Source: Promethearchaeota archaeon (lineage in GTDB: Archaea > Asgardarchaeota > Lokiarchaeia > Sigyniarchaeales > SOKP01). Taken from it: 18,484 nt of DNA. Shown here one piece after another: positions 17,746-18,484 of this stretch (position 1 is the stretch's first letter; every line of letters starts with the position of its first letter). A program made the position numbers and the translations under genes. The notes beneath the pieces were generated by a model, which was not told the DNA's origin, did no database searches, and worked only from the letters and a program-made list of their open reading frames with translations. Where the stretch lies: positions 1 through 18,484 of the forward strand of contig SHMW01000085.1 of assembly GCA_008080735.1 (NCBI GenBank), given 5' to 3'.

Positions 17746-18276
17746 TTATGTTTTTTGAACCAATTGAATAGATAAGAAAGTCAGAGAACCTTCTGCGTCA
17801 CCGCTTATTATTCCTTGACCCTGCATAGTCCCCATTAATCTTAACTGATCTCCCGCTTTGAGGGTAATCATATCACTAGTTTGGGCTGTACCAGTATAAG
17901 CTCGATTAATATATATATAGCATTTTAACGGCTCTTTATCACTATTAAGTCTTAAAAATCCCACACATGATTGTATAATAGTATCCGGACGAAATGTAAT
18001 ACTTATGCATATCAAATATTTACCCGGTGTTATTATGGTAAAAAAATGCTCGTTTGAATCCCAATCTATACCATTATGGTCCATCCCATCAGATGAAAGT
18101 GCAGCCACATAAGTTCCACTTCCGAGTATATTTTGATTACTCCTCAGTTCAGCTCGACCAAAGATATTCCCTGGATCTATATCTGGTATTTGAAAAAATA
18201 TCGTATATGCTCCCAGACCGATCCCCGCTATTGCAAGGATAATGGCAATTGATGCTACTCCCGTACCTTTACTCAT
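17746..18276 (-). CDS. N-terminally membrane-anchored C1q/TNF-like beta-sandwich protein
   Basis: N-terminal hydrophobic helix (aa 7-28); FTIITPGKYLICISITF, ITLKAGDQLRL and terminal TFLSIQLV, typical of C1q/BclA-C-like domains. Confidence 0.7.
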   Translation of the reverse strand: MSKGTGVASIAIILAIAGIGLGAYTIFFQIPDIDPGNIFGRAELRSNQNILGSGTYVAALSSDGMDHNGIDWDSNEHFFTIITPGKYLICISITFRPDTIIQSCVGFLRLNSDKEPLKCYIYINRAYTGTAQTSDMITLKAGDQLRLMGTMQGQGIISGDAEGSLTFLSIQLVQKT

Positions 18277-18484
18277 TTTAAATCAACTTTTTTATATATT
18301 TTCTTTACAACAATGGAAACCGATATTCTTCCTTTTTAGGTTCTCTCTTTATATTTTCTATAGCTAATACAAAAAATCATGTTAAATATATAGATTTTCT
18401 AAATTCTAAAATATTAAATTAATAGAATAGAACAAAGTCTCTAATAGATATCTTTTAAAAACAGATTGTTTTTTTCATTAATAG

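Noticed and set aside
6918-18242. Short ORFs 6918-7286, 9374-9598, 11373-11573, 14680-14961, 15380-15574, 16416-16640 and 18054-18242
   Set aside because: They overlap well-supported genes on the opposite strand or in another frame and have no independent coding evidence.
1-18484. CRISPR array, tRNA or rRNA genes
   Set aside because: No regularly spaced repeats, cloverleaf-like segments or long GC-rich structured regions were seen by eye. The only notably GC-rich structured intergenic patch is the mini-IS.

Overview
AT-rich archaeal chromosomal window, most likely from an Asgard archaeon of the Lokiarchaeia type. This assignment is inferred from the soluble multi-PAS histidine kinases, an HTH_10 (Bat-like) regulator, an EhaR-like HAD protein, TATA-like promoters and oligo-T terminators. 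Gene order: 3' end of an unknown gene; two tandem paralogous 5xPAS-HisKA-HATPase kinases (-); a divergent Glu/Leu/Phe/Val dehydrogenase-family enzyme (+); a CDP-alcohol phosphatidyltransferase (-); a 44-aa probable peptidase remnant (-); a membrane protein (-); an HTH_10 regulator (-) divergent from an extended SDR (+); a Cys-rich membrane-anchored protein (+); an EhaR-like HAD protein (-); a small membrane protein (-); a HEAT-repeat protein (-); purD (-); a tandem-domain nitroreductase (+); and a membrane-anchored C1q/TNF-like protein (-). The most notable item missing from the ORF track is a ~214-bp miniature IS200/IS605 derivative at ~14278-14491. It has lost almost all of tnpB but keeps both end hairpins, a TATA box and the 3' region corresponding to the TnpB omega-RNA (guide RNA) scaffold, making it a candidate stand-alone guide-RNA cassette. 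Other notable points are reciprocal active-site degeneration in the fused nitroreductase and altered substrate-pocket residues in the amino-acid dehydrogenase. All calls come from manual motif reading; no database searches were run.
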